Of a stretch of DNA of 50,795 nucleotides, positions 19,983 through 28,684 are shown piece after piece. The stretch is taken from UHGV virus genome UHGV-0203461; one strand, 5' to 3'. How positions within the stretch are numbered: the stretch's first letter is position 1; each line of letters opens with the position of its first letter. Below the pieces are notes generated by a model. It ran no database searches. It was not told where the DNA came from and saw only the letters and a program-made list of their open reading frames with translations. This stretch comes from a virus. Made by a program: the position numbers and the translations under genes.

Positions 19983-20804
19983 TTACATTGCCTGCTTATA
20001 TACAACATGATAATTTTTCTTCTCACCTTGTATCTTAGCAGGTCTATTATTTTCCTCTATCCAATTTCTTATTTTATCTATTACACTTTGTGAATACTTT
20101 GTTGTAGTACCATTCCAATTATCCTTATTTGCTAAAACTATAAGTTTTTCTTCTTCTTTAATATCTAATTTCTTAATAATCTCACAAACTGCCACAAAAG
20201 CAGGTTTATTAGTTTTAGAGTAAATATTTAACTTGGTTGCAATTTGTTTTGTATCAAAGAAATGTTCTTTTTCTTCAATCTCCAAAGGCAACTCTATTCC
20301 TGCCTTTTTATAGATAGTCTTTGCTGTAAGTAACTTTGCTTTTTCATCTATTCCAGCACCATTTAGAAATGGAGTCAAAATTTCTATTGTTTTATTAACT
20401 GTATCTAGACTTTCTATTTCATTTGCCTTGTCTCGTAGTACTTGAGGGTTAGCATTGTTAGTTATGTATGCACCAGTTTGTCGAATAGCTGGTAAAACTT
20501 CTTTTGTAACCCAATTCTTAAAATTTTTAGCTGTCTCTAACTTGCTTCCAAATATCAGAGAATAAAGTCCACTCTCATTTATTAATGCAGTTTGAGTTTT
20601 GACCATGTTCCCATTTTGGGAATGTGCTATCATTTCAAATATTTTATCATCATCATCAACATGACTTGAAACAGCTTTACTAGGGTTAGCATAACCTAAT
20701 GTCTCTGCTACATCCTTACCAACAAACCAAATTTCATTATCTATATCTATAGTTCTTATCTCTCCAAAATCTTCATTTTTAAATATTTGTAAGTTATTCA
20801 TCAT
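19983..20804 (-). CDS. phage antirepressor (Bro-N N-terminal domain, KilAC C-terminal domain)
   Basis: 273 aa. N-terminus NNLQIFKNEDFGEIRTIDIDNEIWFVGKDVAETLGY (Bro-N), KilAC-like C-terminus. Confidence 0.75.
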   Translation of the reverse strand: MMNNLQIFKNEDFGEIRTIDIDNEIWFVGKDVAETLGYANPSKAVSSHVDDDDKIFEMIAHSQNGNMVKTQTALINESGLYSLIFGSKLETAKNFKNWVTKEVLPAIRQTGAYITNNANPQVLRDKANEIESLDTVNKTIEILTPFLNGAGIDEKAKLLTAKTIYKKAGIELPLEIEEKEHFFDTKQIATKLNIYSKTNKPAFVAVCEIIKKLDIKEEEKLIVLANKDNWNGTTTKYSQSVIDKIRNWIEENNRPAKIQGEKKNYHVVYKQAM

Positions 20805-20890
20805 ACATACTCCTCCTAAATTTAATTTGAAAGAAGTTTCTCTATATGATAAAATATTTCATATAGAAGATTACTTCTTTGTTGGAAATA

Positions 20891-20928
20891 GAGCATTCAA
20901 ACTTTGGTCGGGGAGAATGCTCTATTTT
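20891..20928. terminator. 11-bp perfect inverted repeat ATAGAGCATTC-N16-GAATGCTCTAT followed by TTTTTGTTATTTTT on the + strand
   Basis: Perfect dyad between the RHH gene and the antirepressor. May be an attenuator/terminator or a protein-binding site. Confidence 0.35.
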
Positions 20929-20930
20929 TG

Positions 20931-21101
20931 TTATTTTTCTAAAAGTAAATGGATTCCCTGTCTTATAGCCTCTGCTTTTGTAAGGTTATTTTTTTTACAG
21001 TATTCATCTAATTTTTCATTAGTTTCATCATCTACTCTAACCTTAATATCATTAGTTTTAGGGCTTCCTACAACAGGTCTTCCTATTTTTTTAGGACTCA
21101 T
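20931..21101 (-). CDS. CopG/Arc-type ribbon-helix-helix protein, 56 aa (MSPKKIGRPVVGSPKTNDIKVRVDDETNEKLDEYCKKNNLTKAEAIRQGIHLLLEK)
   Basis: Absent from the ORF track because it is under 60 aa. RBS GAGGTG 6 nt upstream. Classic RHH beta-strand/helix pattern. Immediately upstream of the antirepressor. Confidence 0.55.
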   Translation of the reverse strand: MSPKKIGRPVVGSPKTNDIKVRVDDETNEKLDEYCKKNNLTKAEAIRQGIHLLLEK

Positions 21102-21112
21102 GTTATCACCTC

Positions 21113-21162
21113 ACTTTTGAGTTCCATAATTAAATTATATAGTTTTGGAACTCAAAAGTCAA
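21113..21162 (-). promoter_or_regulatory. consensus sigma-A promoter TTGACT-N17-TATAAT (- strand) overlapped by a 14-bp perfect inverted repeat ACTTTTGAGTTCCA-N19-TGGAACTCAAAAGT
   Basis: On the + strand, AGTCAA at 21157-21162 and ATTATA at 21134-21139 are spaced 17 bp apart. The palindrome arms are at 21113-21126 and 21146-21159, covering the -35 box and the transcription start. Confidence 0.5.
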
Positions 21163-21228
21163 TAACTTATTCCAATTTTTTCTAATTATTTTACTCAACC
21201 GACCATTTTGAGCAAATTTGAGCAAAAC

Positions 21229-21257
21229 AAAAGCACTTACATGTTGGTAAGTGCTTT
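21229..21257. terminator. hairpin AAAGCACTTAC-ATGTTG-GTAAGTGCTTT (11-bp perfect stem)
   Basis: Same motif family. Preceded by the direct repeat TTGAGCAAA x2. Confidence 0.45.
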
Positions 21258-21373
21258 CTTATTTACAATTAAATTTATTCATCTAGTTAGATTCATCATT
21301 ATTTTGTATAAAAAATTTCATCTTTTTATTGACTATAAAAAATATTATAGGCAATATTTTTTCTAATTTGTGG

Positions 21374-21525
21374 TATAATAAAAACAAGAAGAACTACAAT
21401 CTATTTAGCGGTAGAGTGAAGTTCATAATTTTAAAAAATATAAATTATTTAAATTTGCGGAACTTTATTTTAAAACCAAGTTCCCAGCCACTTTTACTCT
21501 TGCCACGAGTAGAGTGGCTTTTTAC
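21374..21525 (+). ncRNA. putative antisense antitoxin sRNA of type I TA locus 2 (boundaries approximate)
   Basis: Extended -10 box TGgTATAAT at 21371-21379. Conserved leader AACTACAATCTATTTAGCGGTAGAGTGAAGTT. Terminator hairpin plus T-run at 21487-21529 inside the toxin ORF. Confidence 0.35.
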
Positions 21526-21606
21526 GTTTTTGATACATCTACAAACGATATATCCAATTAAACTAGCTATCAAGCTAGCTAATATACTAAGTAAAAAATT
21601 GTCCAT
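21445..21606 (-). CDS. type I toxin, small membrane peptide, 53 aa (MDNFLLSILASLIASLIGYIVCRCIKNVKSHSTRGKSKSGWELGFKIKFRKFK)
   Basis: Absent from the ORF track. RBS GGAGGTGG. Paralog of the 47-aa peptide at 4524-4667 (shared xEFLL..LASL.AS.I.YI..R.VKSHS pattern). Extended -10 box TGTTATAAT on the - strand at 21696-21704. Confidence 0.6.
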   Translation of the reverse strand: MDNFLLSILASLIASLIGYIVCRCIKNVKSHSTRGKSKSGWELGFKIKFRKFK

Positions 21607-21926
21607 ACTTCCCACCTCCTTTCATTAGGAAGTAGGTTTTATCCCAGTATGAACTCCACTCTATAAATTGTAGATTACATCTTCTTGCTACAATTATTAT
21701 AACATATAATTCTTACATATTTTACCTATATTTTATCTTCTTCTACTTCTTCTAGCTTCTTTAGCAGTCTTTTTTTCTTCTTTTATTTCTTCTTCTACTT
21801 TAATATCTATAGAAGCAGCAACAAATGCCCTCTCGAAGTCTGGTAAATCTGTATATTCATGTGGTTTCCATTTGAATTTATGAAGGCAATAATGAGCTAC
21901 ACTAGCATCATAATCGCCTCCTTCAA

Positions 21927-22367
21927 TTAGTTTTTTGCTTCTTCTACTTTATCCTCAAAAGTCCTATCAAAACCATTCACCTCTCCTACCTCACTTGAAA
22001 GGTCTGTATATTCACCAGGAGTTAACATTGTTGTTAATAGCTCCTCTGCCCCCATTACACCATAACTATTTTGAAGTTCTGCATCATGTAAATCTGGAAA
22101 TACTACAGTTTCTACACACAGTTTCAAAGTATAAGTATTAAAATCTGTTTCACTAGTGTATTGCCCTGTTGCTTTCCCTTTTTTATTTAGTACAGGTACT
22201 CTTATAGTTGAATCTTTTCTTAATTGTCTATCTCTATCTGAATCTATTGCTTTAAGTTCCCATTCGATTGCTTTTCCATCTTCTCCTATAAACCTTTCAC
22301 TTGCCACATACTTTCTATTCTCTACTTTTATTGCATTTTGACTTAAAAAAGCGTTTAAATCTCCCAT
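21927..22367 (-). CDS. tail assembly chaperone, downstream member of an XkdN-like pair
   Basis: 146 aa, between the tube and tape measure genes. Confidence 0.4.
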   Translation of the reverse strand: MGDLNAFLSQNAIKVENRKYVASERFIGEDGKAIEWELKAIDSDRDRQLRKDSTIRVPVLNKKGKATGQYTSETDFNTYTLKLCVETVVFPDLHDAELQNSYGVMGAEELLTTMLTPGEYTDLSSEVGEVNGFDRTFEDKVEEAKN

Positions 22368-22371
22368 ATTC

Positions 22372-22629
22372 TTATTCTACCTCCATCACCAAATATTTTG
22401 TTTGTTTTTCTATTGTTGCAACACCAGCTTCATTTATTTCAAATTTTATGATTATTGGCTTTAATGACGAACCATCAATTGTATCTGTTGCTAACTTATC
22501 TGAAATATCTATAAGATATTTTCCTGCCTTTTTATACATCTCGCTGACACGTTCTTCCAAAGGTCTTTTATTGCTATAATCAAAAGAAATTGAATCTTTT
22601 ATCTCATATTTATCCTTAATTTTAATCAT
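22372..22629 (-). CDS. tail assembly chaperone, upstream member of an XkdN-like pair
   Basis: 85 aa, immediately after the tube gene. Confidence 0.4.
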   Translation of the reverse strand: MIKIKDKYEIKDSISFDYSNKRPLEERVSEMYKKAGKYLIDISDKLATDTIDGSSLKPIIIKFEINEAGVATIEKQTKYLVMEVE

Positions 22630-22681
22630 CTCCTATTCTTATAAATAAAAAATACACATACATAAATCATAAATGTGTATT

Positions 22682-23152
22682 TTACTCCATACCATTTGCT
22701 ATATTAAATTTCTCAACTAATTTCCAATTCTCAAAAGTAAAATCCATATCTTCATCTAAATACTCCCCATCAGCATCAAATTTAGCAATTATGCCTGAGT
22801 CCATATTGCAATCTTCCAGTATTATAGTTTGACGACCCACTGAACTTGTTGGGTCTTCATTGGTAATTTGTATATCGAAGTAAATATCCTCACCAGTTTC
22901 TTTATACTCATACAACAATTCTCTAAATATAGAGGTATTATAATAAAATGTTGCATTTCCTGAATATTTACTTCCTGTTGATTTATTTCCTTTTGTAGTA
23001 CTACCTAATATAGGTATCTCACTCTTATTCTTTTCCATTTTAGCTTCTAAGTTAATAGCTTGCATAAAATTATATCTTTTACCTTTTATAGTTACAAAAC
23101 ACTCTGCCTTAGATGCACTTATTGTATCTCTTGCTTTTATTTGTTGTGCCAT
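22682..23152 (-). CDS. tail tube protein (XkdM-like)
   Basis: 156 aa, directly downstream of the sheath gene. Confidence 0.7.
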   Translation of the reverse strand: MAQQIKARDTISASKAECFVTIKGKRYNFMQAINLEAKMEKNKSEIPILGSTTKGNKSTGSKYSGNATFYYNTSIFRELLYEYKETGEDIYFDIQITNEDPTSSVGRQTIILEDCNMDSGIIAKFDADGEYLDEDMDFTFENWKLVEKFNIANGME

Positions 23153-23173
23153 TATTATTCTCCTTTCTTATTG

Positions 23174-24484
23174 TTAACTAACTGAAACAGTCATATAAAG
23201 CTTACTCATAGCACTAATAACTTTTACAGCATCACTTACTACAACAGTCTTCTTGTCGCTTCCAGGTTCTACAGAAACATCATCAGCTTTGAAATCTTCT
23301 ATTGCTCTCATATTTTGCAGTTGTTCATGATGCTTAACTACATCATTCCAAAACGAGATACGACCAGATTTATCATTTGGTACTTCACCCAAGTACTTTG
23401 TATTAAATAAAGTCGCTATATCATTAGCAATCTGGTCAAGTACTCTAACAGATTGATTGCTTGAAAAATCATCATTTTTATCATCTGTAAATGATACAAA
23501 AGTATTTATATCCTCTAACACATGAAATTCATCTCCCACCTTGTGGAATATAAATTTACCAGTTTTTAAAGCTTCTTCAAGTTGTATTTGTGTATAATTA
23601 ACATCTACATCAAACTCACCATCATACTTTTTATTAGTATTAGATTTATTTATATCACATCCAGCTATAGCTCCAGTCGCCCAATAAATTAAACTAGATT
23701 CTACTAATCCAATATCTTTAATCTTATTCTCAATAGATACTACACCCTCGTAATCTGCATCATTCTTTTTATATAAAACAGTTTGAAACTTAGCTCCTAC
23801 CTTATCTCTCATTCTCTTTGTAAATTCTACAAACAAACTTTTAATTTCTGTTGTTGTAGCCAAACATCCTAAAGCATTAAAGCTATAGCTTTCTATTTTA
23901 TCCAAGAAAGCTTGGTACTCTGCTCCTGTCACAGCTTCGCCATTAGTTCCACCAGTAAATACAAGTCCTGCACTTGCTTCTAGTGTTGCATCCTTCTTCC
24001 AAGTGATATAGTCATTGTCTTGTAAGTCTGTAATAACCTTTGCTATTTGAGTATCTACCTTCTTATTATCTAAAAGTGTTACAACATCAAACTTAGCATT
24101 ATCATCTATATTTGTTGTAACTGTTACTTTTAAGTCATTTCCTCTGATACCACTATATTTTGCTGTGGCTATAGTACAACTGGCTTTAACGCCTTTATTT
24201 AATTTATAAAAATATCCCAACCTTATATTTTTGAATAAATCTCTCAAACCTTTCAGCTTCTCATGAGTATAATCATATCCAAAATACTTCACTGAATACT
24301 TCTCAAAATCATCACTGGTTACTTGAAATACGTCTTCATCTATGCCCCAATCTAACTCTAAAGGTATTGCAACAATACCTCTATCCGATAATGAACTGGT
24401 TGCCCTTGTAGCACTTACAAAATTTATATATGCACCAGGTAGGACCTTATTTTGTGTTACAAATGTTCCTCCACCTAAAGCCAT
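23174..24484 (-). CDS. contractile tail sheath protein
   Basis: 436 aa. N-terminal MALGGGTFVTQNKVLPGAYINF sheath signature. Confidence 0.85.
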   Translation of the reverse strand: MALGGGTFVTQNKVLPGAYINFVSATRATSSLSDRGIVAIPLELDWGIDEDVFQVTSDDFEKYSVKYFGYDYTHEKLKGLRDLFKNIRLGYFYKLNKGVKASCTIATAKYSGIRGNDLKVTVTTNIDDNAKFDVVTLLDNKKVDTQIAKVITDLQDNDYITWKKDATLEASAGLVFTGGTNGEAVTGAEYQAFLDKIESYSFNALGCLATTTEIKSLFVEFTKRMRDKVGAKFQTVLYKKNDADYEGVVSIENKIKDIGLVESSLIYWATGAIAGCDINKSNTNKKYDGEFDVDVNYTQIQLEEALKTGKFIFHKVGDEFHVLEDINTFVSFTDDKNDDFSSNQSVRVLDQIANDIATLFNTKYLGEVPNDKSGRISFWNDVVKHHEQLQNMRAIEDFKADDVSVEPGSDKKTVVVSDAVKVISAMSKLYMTVSVS

Positions 24485-24670
24485 CTAACTCACTCCTTTC
24501 ATAAATTTATTTATTCTATCCTCTACCTCTGAGAAGGAATATAAATCATTTTCTTTTAAAATTGCATTTAATAAATCTTTTCTATTTACATACTTCTTAG
24601 AGTTAACTATCTGCTCCTTAGTAAACTTGTAGTTATCTTCTTTGCTTAATGTTTTACTCAAAATTATCAC
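24485..24670 (-). CDS. hypothetical small protein
   Basis: 61 aa, tightly packed in the late operon. Confidence 0.3.
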   Translation of the reverse strand: MIILSKTLSKEDNYKFTKEQIVNSKKYVNRKDLLNAILKENDLYSFSEVEDRINKFMKGVS

Positions 24671-25094
24671 CTCTCTTCAAACCACCGAATAACTCTACTG
24701 TATCCATCTTATCTGTGTCATTACTTTTTATAGTAAAGTAGTTATAATCAACAAAGAAATGAAGAACATTATCTATAATTTCAAAGTTCATATTTGTACC
24801 TCTGACTAAGTCTCCATCAATTTCTATATACTCTAATTCCTCCAGTAACATCTCAGCTATCTCATTTATTTCAAATGATTTATCATTACTTTTAGGAAAA
24901 TAATGTACATCAAAAGAGTTCTTTTTTAATGTCCTGCCACTTAGATAGGATACTTTGCTTGGATTTAAAGGAACAATAAAAAAACAAGGTTCATTAATAC
25001 CTTGCTCTACATCCTCACTATAAATTGTATATTTTTCTCCAAATGATTTATCTAACTTTACTGATATTCCATCTATAATATTATTAAGCATCAA
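24654..25094 (-). CDS. tail completion / tail terminator-like protein
   Basis: 146 aa. Synteny between the gp10-like gene and the sheath gene. Confidence 0.4.
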   Translation of the reverse strand: MMLNNIIDGISVKLDKSFGEKYTIYSEDVEQGINEPCFFIVPLNPSKVSYLSGRTLKKNSFDVHYFPKSNDKSFEINEIAEMLLEELEYIEIDGDLVRGTNMNFEIIDNVLHFFVDYNYFTIKSNDTDKMDTVELFGGLKRGDNFE

Positions 25095-25509
25095 ACACTC
25101 CTTTAAGTAATATTAATAACTTTTTCTCTATAATCTTATCAACTTGGCTTTGTAGTTCCATCTCTGAAATTGTTAAGAAATGTTGTCCTTTAACCCAACC
25201 TTTTCCATCTTTAGTTCTATGCCCGAAATTTACATAACTTGCATATTCAGTCGGATTAACAACCTCTATAATATAATTATTTCCTTGTTTATACACAGGA
25301 AGCGACCTAGCATAAGCCACTCCACTCCATCCTTGTCGTAAGAATCCTGTATCAACTGGTGTACGTTTTATAGCTTTGCCAATTAATCTTGCTGCTAATT
25401 CTTTTGCTGCATCCTTGCAAAACTTATCTAAATCAATCTTTGTAAGCTTCTCCATCTTTTTACAAACTCTTTTAAACTCTCTAAAATCAACACTGCCCCA
25501 TCTAGCCAT
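25084..25509 (-). CDS. HK97 gp10-family head-tail joining protein
   Basis: 141 aa. Motif RTPVDTGFLRQGW. Confidence 0.55.
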   Translation of the reverse strand: MARWGSVDFREFKRVCKKMEKLTKIDLDKFCKDAAKELAARLIGKAIKRTPVDTGFLRQGWSGVAYARSLPVYKQGNNYIIEVVNPTEYASYVNFGHRTKDGKGWVKGQHFLTISEMELQSQVDKIIEKKLLILLKGVFDA

Positions 25510-25865
25510 TATGCTTTATCCTTAAATAGCTCAAGTATTATTTCTTGATGATTTGGATATATAGCAGATTCTCCACTTCTTACATACTCTTTATCATTTA
25601 TAATAAGTTTTGAACCTGCTTTAATTTCTATATCTGGAGATATAAAGAGTTTAATAGTTTGCTCTAGCTTAGCCACTTTTCCATCTGTAGCAGAAACTAT
25701 ATTCTTATATGAAAGCTTACAAGATTGATTTTCCAACACTACTATTTCTTTGTTATTAGTTCTCTTTGTTATAGGGTCTTTGATTGGCTGATACTCAACT
25801 ATAGTACATTTATCTCTATATAACATTTCTATTGCTTTTCTAGTCTTATCCATCATTATTTCCAC
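25509..25865 (-). CDS. head closure / head-tail adaptor protein
   Basis: 118 aa. Synteny. Confidence 0.45.
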   Translation of the reverse strand: MEIMMDKTRKAIEMLYRDKCTIVEYQPIKDPITKRTNNKEIVVLENQSCKLSYKNIVSATDGKVAKLEQTIKLFISPDIEIKAGSKLIINDKEYVRSGESAIYPNHQEIILELFKDKA

Positions 25866-26200
25866 CTAATTTTTCTGTATCTATTTAATTGTGACTTATA
25901 ATCTTTAAGTAAAGATTCTTTAAATTCACTAGCTGAACTTCTATAGGAGACTGATGTATCGCCCTCGCTTATAGAAGAAATAGAGCCTAGTGCAATATCT
26001 TCGCTTCCTAGACTCTCATTTTTATACATATCTATAGCCATTCTTAAAATAGTACTATTTAATTGTTCTGGTATAGTAGGTACATTACAATAGTTTTTGA
26101 CCATTTCTTCTACATCTTCTAGTATAAACTCTAGTATTGTATCTTTTGAATCATCTTCTCTACTAAACCCTAAAAGCTTTTTTAGTCTTTTAACTTCCAT
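25856..26200 (-). CDS. gp6-like head-tail connector protein
   Basis: 114 aa. Synteny after the capsid gene. Confidence 0.5.
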   Translation of the reverse strand: MEVKRLKKLLGFSREDDSKDTILEFILEDVEEMVKNYCNVPTIPEQLNSTILRMAIDMYKNESLGSEDIALGSISSISEGDTSVSYRSSASEFKESLLKDYKSQLNRYRKIRWK

Positions 26201-26210
26201 ATCAACACCT

Positions 26211-27230
26211 CTAATTTATTGTACCCATAAACACTTGGTCAGCATAAGGAAAACTAGGTAATGCTGTTGCAACTGCTTTTATCCACTTAGCAACTGGGTC
26301 AGCAGTAGAGTATTGTTCTACAATTATATTTCCAACTGAACTAATATCTATTGCTGGGTTTTTTCTAAGTTCTAATTCCTCTGCTGTTAGCCCAAAGAAA
26401 GTATCTCCCATCTTGCCGTCAGGCATAAGAATAAACTTATTTTCATCTAAGAATCTCTTTGTTGTGTACTTACCATCCTTGCCTTGTACTCTGTATCTTT
26501 CATCATAAGTAAAAATAGGAGGAAGAGATTGAGAAACTAAAAATGTATTTAATTCATTTAAAGTAAGTAGTTTATCACTATTTACACCAAATATAGCTTT
26601 TCTTAGTTTTTCATCTCTTAAGATTATATTTAAAATAGTTTTAGAAGTTAATGACCTTGTTGGAGTAAATCCAGTATCAACAACTATTTTATCAGTCATA
26701 TTATAAATATCTCCTAATATATCTGGTGTTCCACTAGACCAAGTTTTTGTTTCTTTATGATTTGTTGGAGTTCCATATTTTAAAGAAGCTTTAACTCCAT
26801 TTTCATTTATATTAAGTTCTCCAGTTGATAAAACTTCCATTCTCATTGCTTCTATTCTAGTATTTACACTTGATACAAGGTTATCAACATCATTAAATAT
26901 TTGATTTATCATTTGAGTTTCTTCTTGTGAGTTTCTTGGCTCTTCAAGTACAATTATATCTTTTTCATCTAGTTTAATTTTTCTTTTCACAAGTGCAAGT
27001 TCAGCAATACTTAAATTAGCACCTTCTCTTGATGCAATCTCTGCTTCTGTATCAAAAGCATGAACACTTGCTGATACTGGAAGATTAGATGCACCTTTTA
27101 TCATCTTTATTTCAAGTCCTTCTATCTTTTGAGTTGGAAATAATAAATCTCCCATTGTTTCTTTTAATTTTCTAGTCTTTGTATAGTTTATCAGCTCTTG
27201 AACTGACAATAATTCTTCTACTCTTGCCAT
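26211..27230 (-). CDS. major capsid protein
   Basis: 339 aa, follows the scaffold gene. Confidence 0.7.
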   Translation of the reverse strand: MARVEELLSVQELINYTKTRKLKETMGDLLFPTQKIEGLEIKMIKGASNLPVSASVHAFDTEAEIASREGANLSIAELALVKRKIKLDEKDIIVLEEPRNSQEETQMINQIFNDVDNLVSSVNTRIEAMRMEVLSTGELNINENGVKASLKYGTPTNHKETKTWSSGTPDILGDIYNMTDKIVVDTGFTPTRSLTSKTILNIILRDEKLRKAIFGVNSDKLLTLNELNTFLVSQSLPPIFTYDERYRVQGKDGKYTTKRFLDENKFILMPDGKMGDTFFGLTAEELELRKNPAIDISSVGNIIVEQYSTADPVAKWIKAVATALPSFPYADQVFMGTIN

Positions 27231-27241
27231 ATTTCATCCTC

Positions 27242-27622
27242 CTACATAAATTTAATATTTGGTAATTTTGTCTTTATAGTTTCTATAGCTTCTTTTACAT
27301 ACTCACCTTGCAATCTTTCAATTATTACATAGCCTTCCACCATTGATGCAACTGGTTGTGGTCCATAAGTAACATCTACAGTTGAAAAAACTATTCCTAC
27401 AGGGTCTTCTGATAATGTGTATGTATAACTACCCGAAGAACCTCCTCTAGTTATCTTTACCACTTTGCCACTCTCACCTAATAAACTACCTGCTAACACA
27501 TATTTCTTTCCATTTTCATCAGCCACTACATCTGTATCTAATGCTGTTTTTGAAAAGTTAATATAGTGTTGAGAAGCTAAAAACTCTGGTGTGTTATTAA
27601 AATTTACCTCTTTAAAATACAT
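27242..27622 (-). CDS. hypothetical structural protein between scaffold and capsid genes
   Basis: 126 aa. Confidence 0.3.
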   Translation of the reverse strand: MYFKEVNFNNTPEFLASQHYINFSKTALDTDVVADENGKKYVLAGSLLGESGKVVKITRGGSSGSYTYTLSEDPVGIVFSTVDVTYGPQPVASMVEGYVIIERLQGEYVKEAIETIKTKLPNIKFM

Positions 27623-27637
27623 ACTTTATCCTCCTTT

Positions 27638-28231
27638 TTATTTTATACTCCATGCGTCAGCATATGGATTTTTAGAACCTTCCTCATTCTTTTCTTTAGC
27701 AATATTTTCAGCTCTACTTAATGTATTTTTATTGCCATTATCGGGGCTGTAATTTATCTTAGTCTCTCCTGTTTTTATTAAGAAAGATTTTTGAGTTAAC
27801 CAAGTATCAGTCTGTTCCTTTAGTCCTGTAAAAGTACCATTTTCATATTTTATTTTTTCTAAATCAAGTTCTGCTTTTGCTGCTTTAGTGCTATGAACAT
27901 TAAGTTTAATAAGTTCATTTTCTAATGCCATATCAAACTCTTTTTGTTCTTTTTCCTTTAATTTATTTTGATATTCTTCATCTTTTGCAGTTAATTTAGT
28001 CTCATAGCCTTTTTTAAGCTCTTCAATCTGCTCTTTTGTCATTCCATCCTTAAAACCTTCAATTGCTTCTTTTGATGCTTTTAATTCTTCTTTTACCTTT
28101 TCATACTCAATTTTATTAATATAATTTTCTAATTCTTTTAATGATTCAGCTTCTACTTTCTTTGCATCTTCTTCACTAAGCCCTAATACAATTAATTCAC
28201 CTTTTTTCATTTTATTTAATTCTCCTTTCAT
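27638..28231 (-). CDS. scaffolding protein
   Basis: 197 aa. Highly charged E/K-rich coiled coil. Confidence 0.6.
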   Translation of the reverse strand: MKGELNKMKKGELIVLGLSEEDAKKVEAESLKELENYINKIEYEKVKEELKASKEAIEGFKDGMTKEQIEELKKGYETKLTAKDEEYQNKLKEKEQKEFDMALENELIKLNVHSTKAAKAELDLEKIKYENGTFTGLKEQTDTWLTQKSFLIKTGETKINYSPDNGNKNTLSRAENIAKEKNEEGSKNPYADAWSIK

Positions 28232-28254
28232 TTCTTACAAAATAAAAAAGTCTC

Positions 28255-28458
28255 TTAAAGACTTTCATCTAATGATTTATTTAATTCTTCCATTACTCTC
28301 TTTAAAATTTCATCAGAAACTTTATCTATATTAGCTTTATTTTCTTTTTTTAATTTATTACAAAGAATACCTACATTAACATTAGCAATACAATTAATAA
28401 CGATTTGTACTACACAAACTACAACTATAACTTGAGTTAATATACACATTAAAATCAC
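28255..28458 (-). CDS. small hydrophobic hypothetical protein
   Basis: 67 aa with an N-terminal TM-like segment. Confidence 0.3.
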   Translation of the reverse strand: MILMCILTQVIVVVCVVQIVINCIANVNVGILCNKLKKENKANIDKVSDEILKRVMEELNKSLDESL

Positions 28459-28485
28459 CTACCTTGTTTAAATTTTTACATAATA

Positions 28486-28521
28486 AAAGCACCTACTAAT
28501 TTATTATTTAGCAAGTGCTTT
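28486..28521. terminator. hairpin AAAGCAC...GTGCTTT, fourth member of the recurring family
   Basis: Same stem ends as the hairpins at 18897, 19789 and 21229. Confidence 0.35.
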
Positions 28522-28684
28522 TATATTACTTTTTTACCTTTTTCATAAGCCTCTTTAGCTTCTTTTAATGACATTTTATTTGGTCCTTTGTAATTAGTTT
28601 CTTTTGGTCCACTGTTTTGCCAATTACAATTATCACAAATATCAAATACATCTACATCTTTACCACATACTGGACAATTCATGT

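Noticed and set aside
20827-21120. + strand 97-aa ORF overlapping the RHH gene
   Set aside because: Hydrophobic nonsense translation. The opposite strand encodes a clean 56-aa CopG/RHH protein with RBS and promoter.
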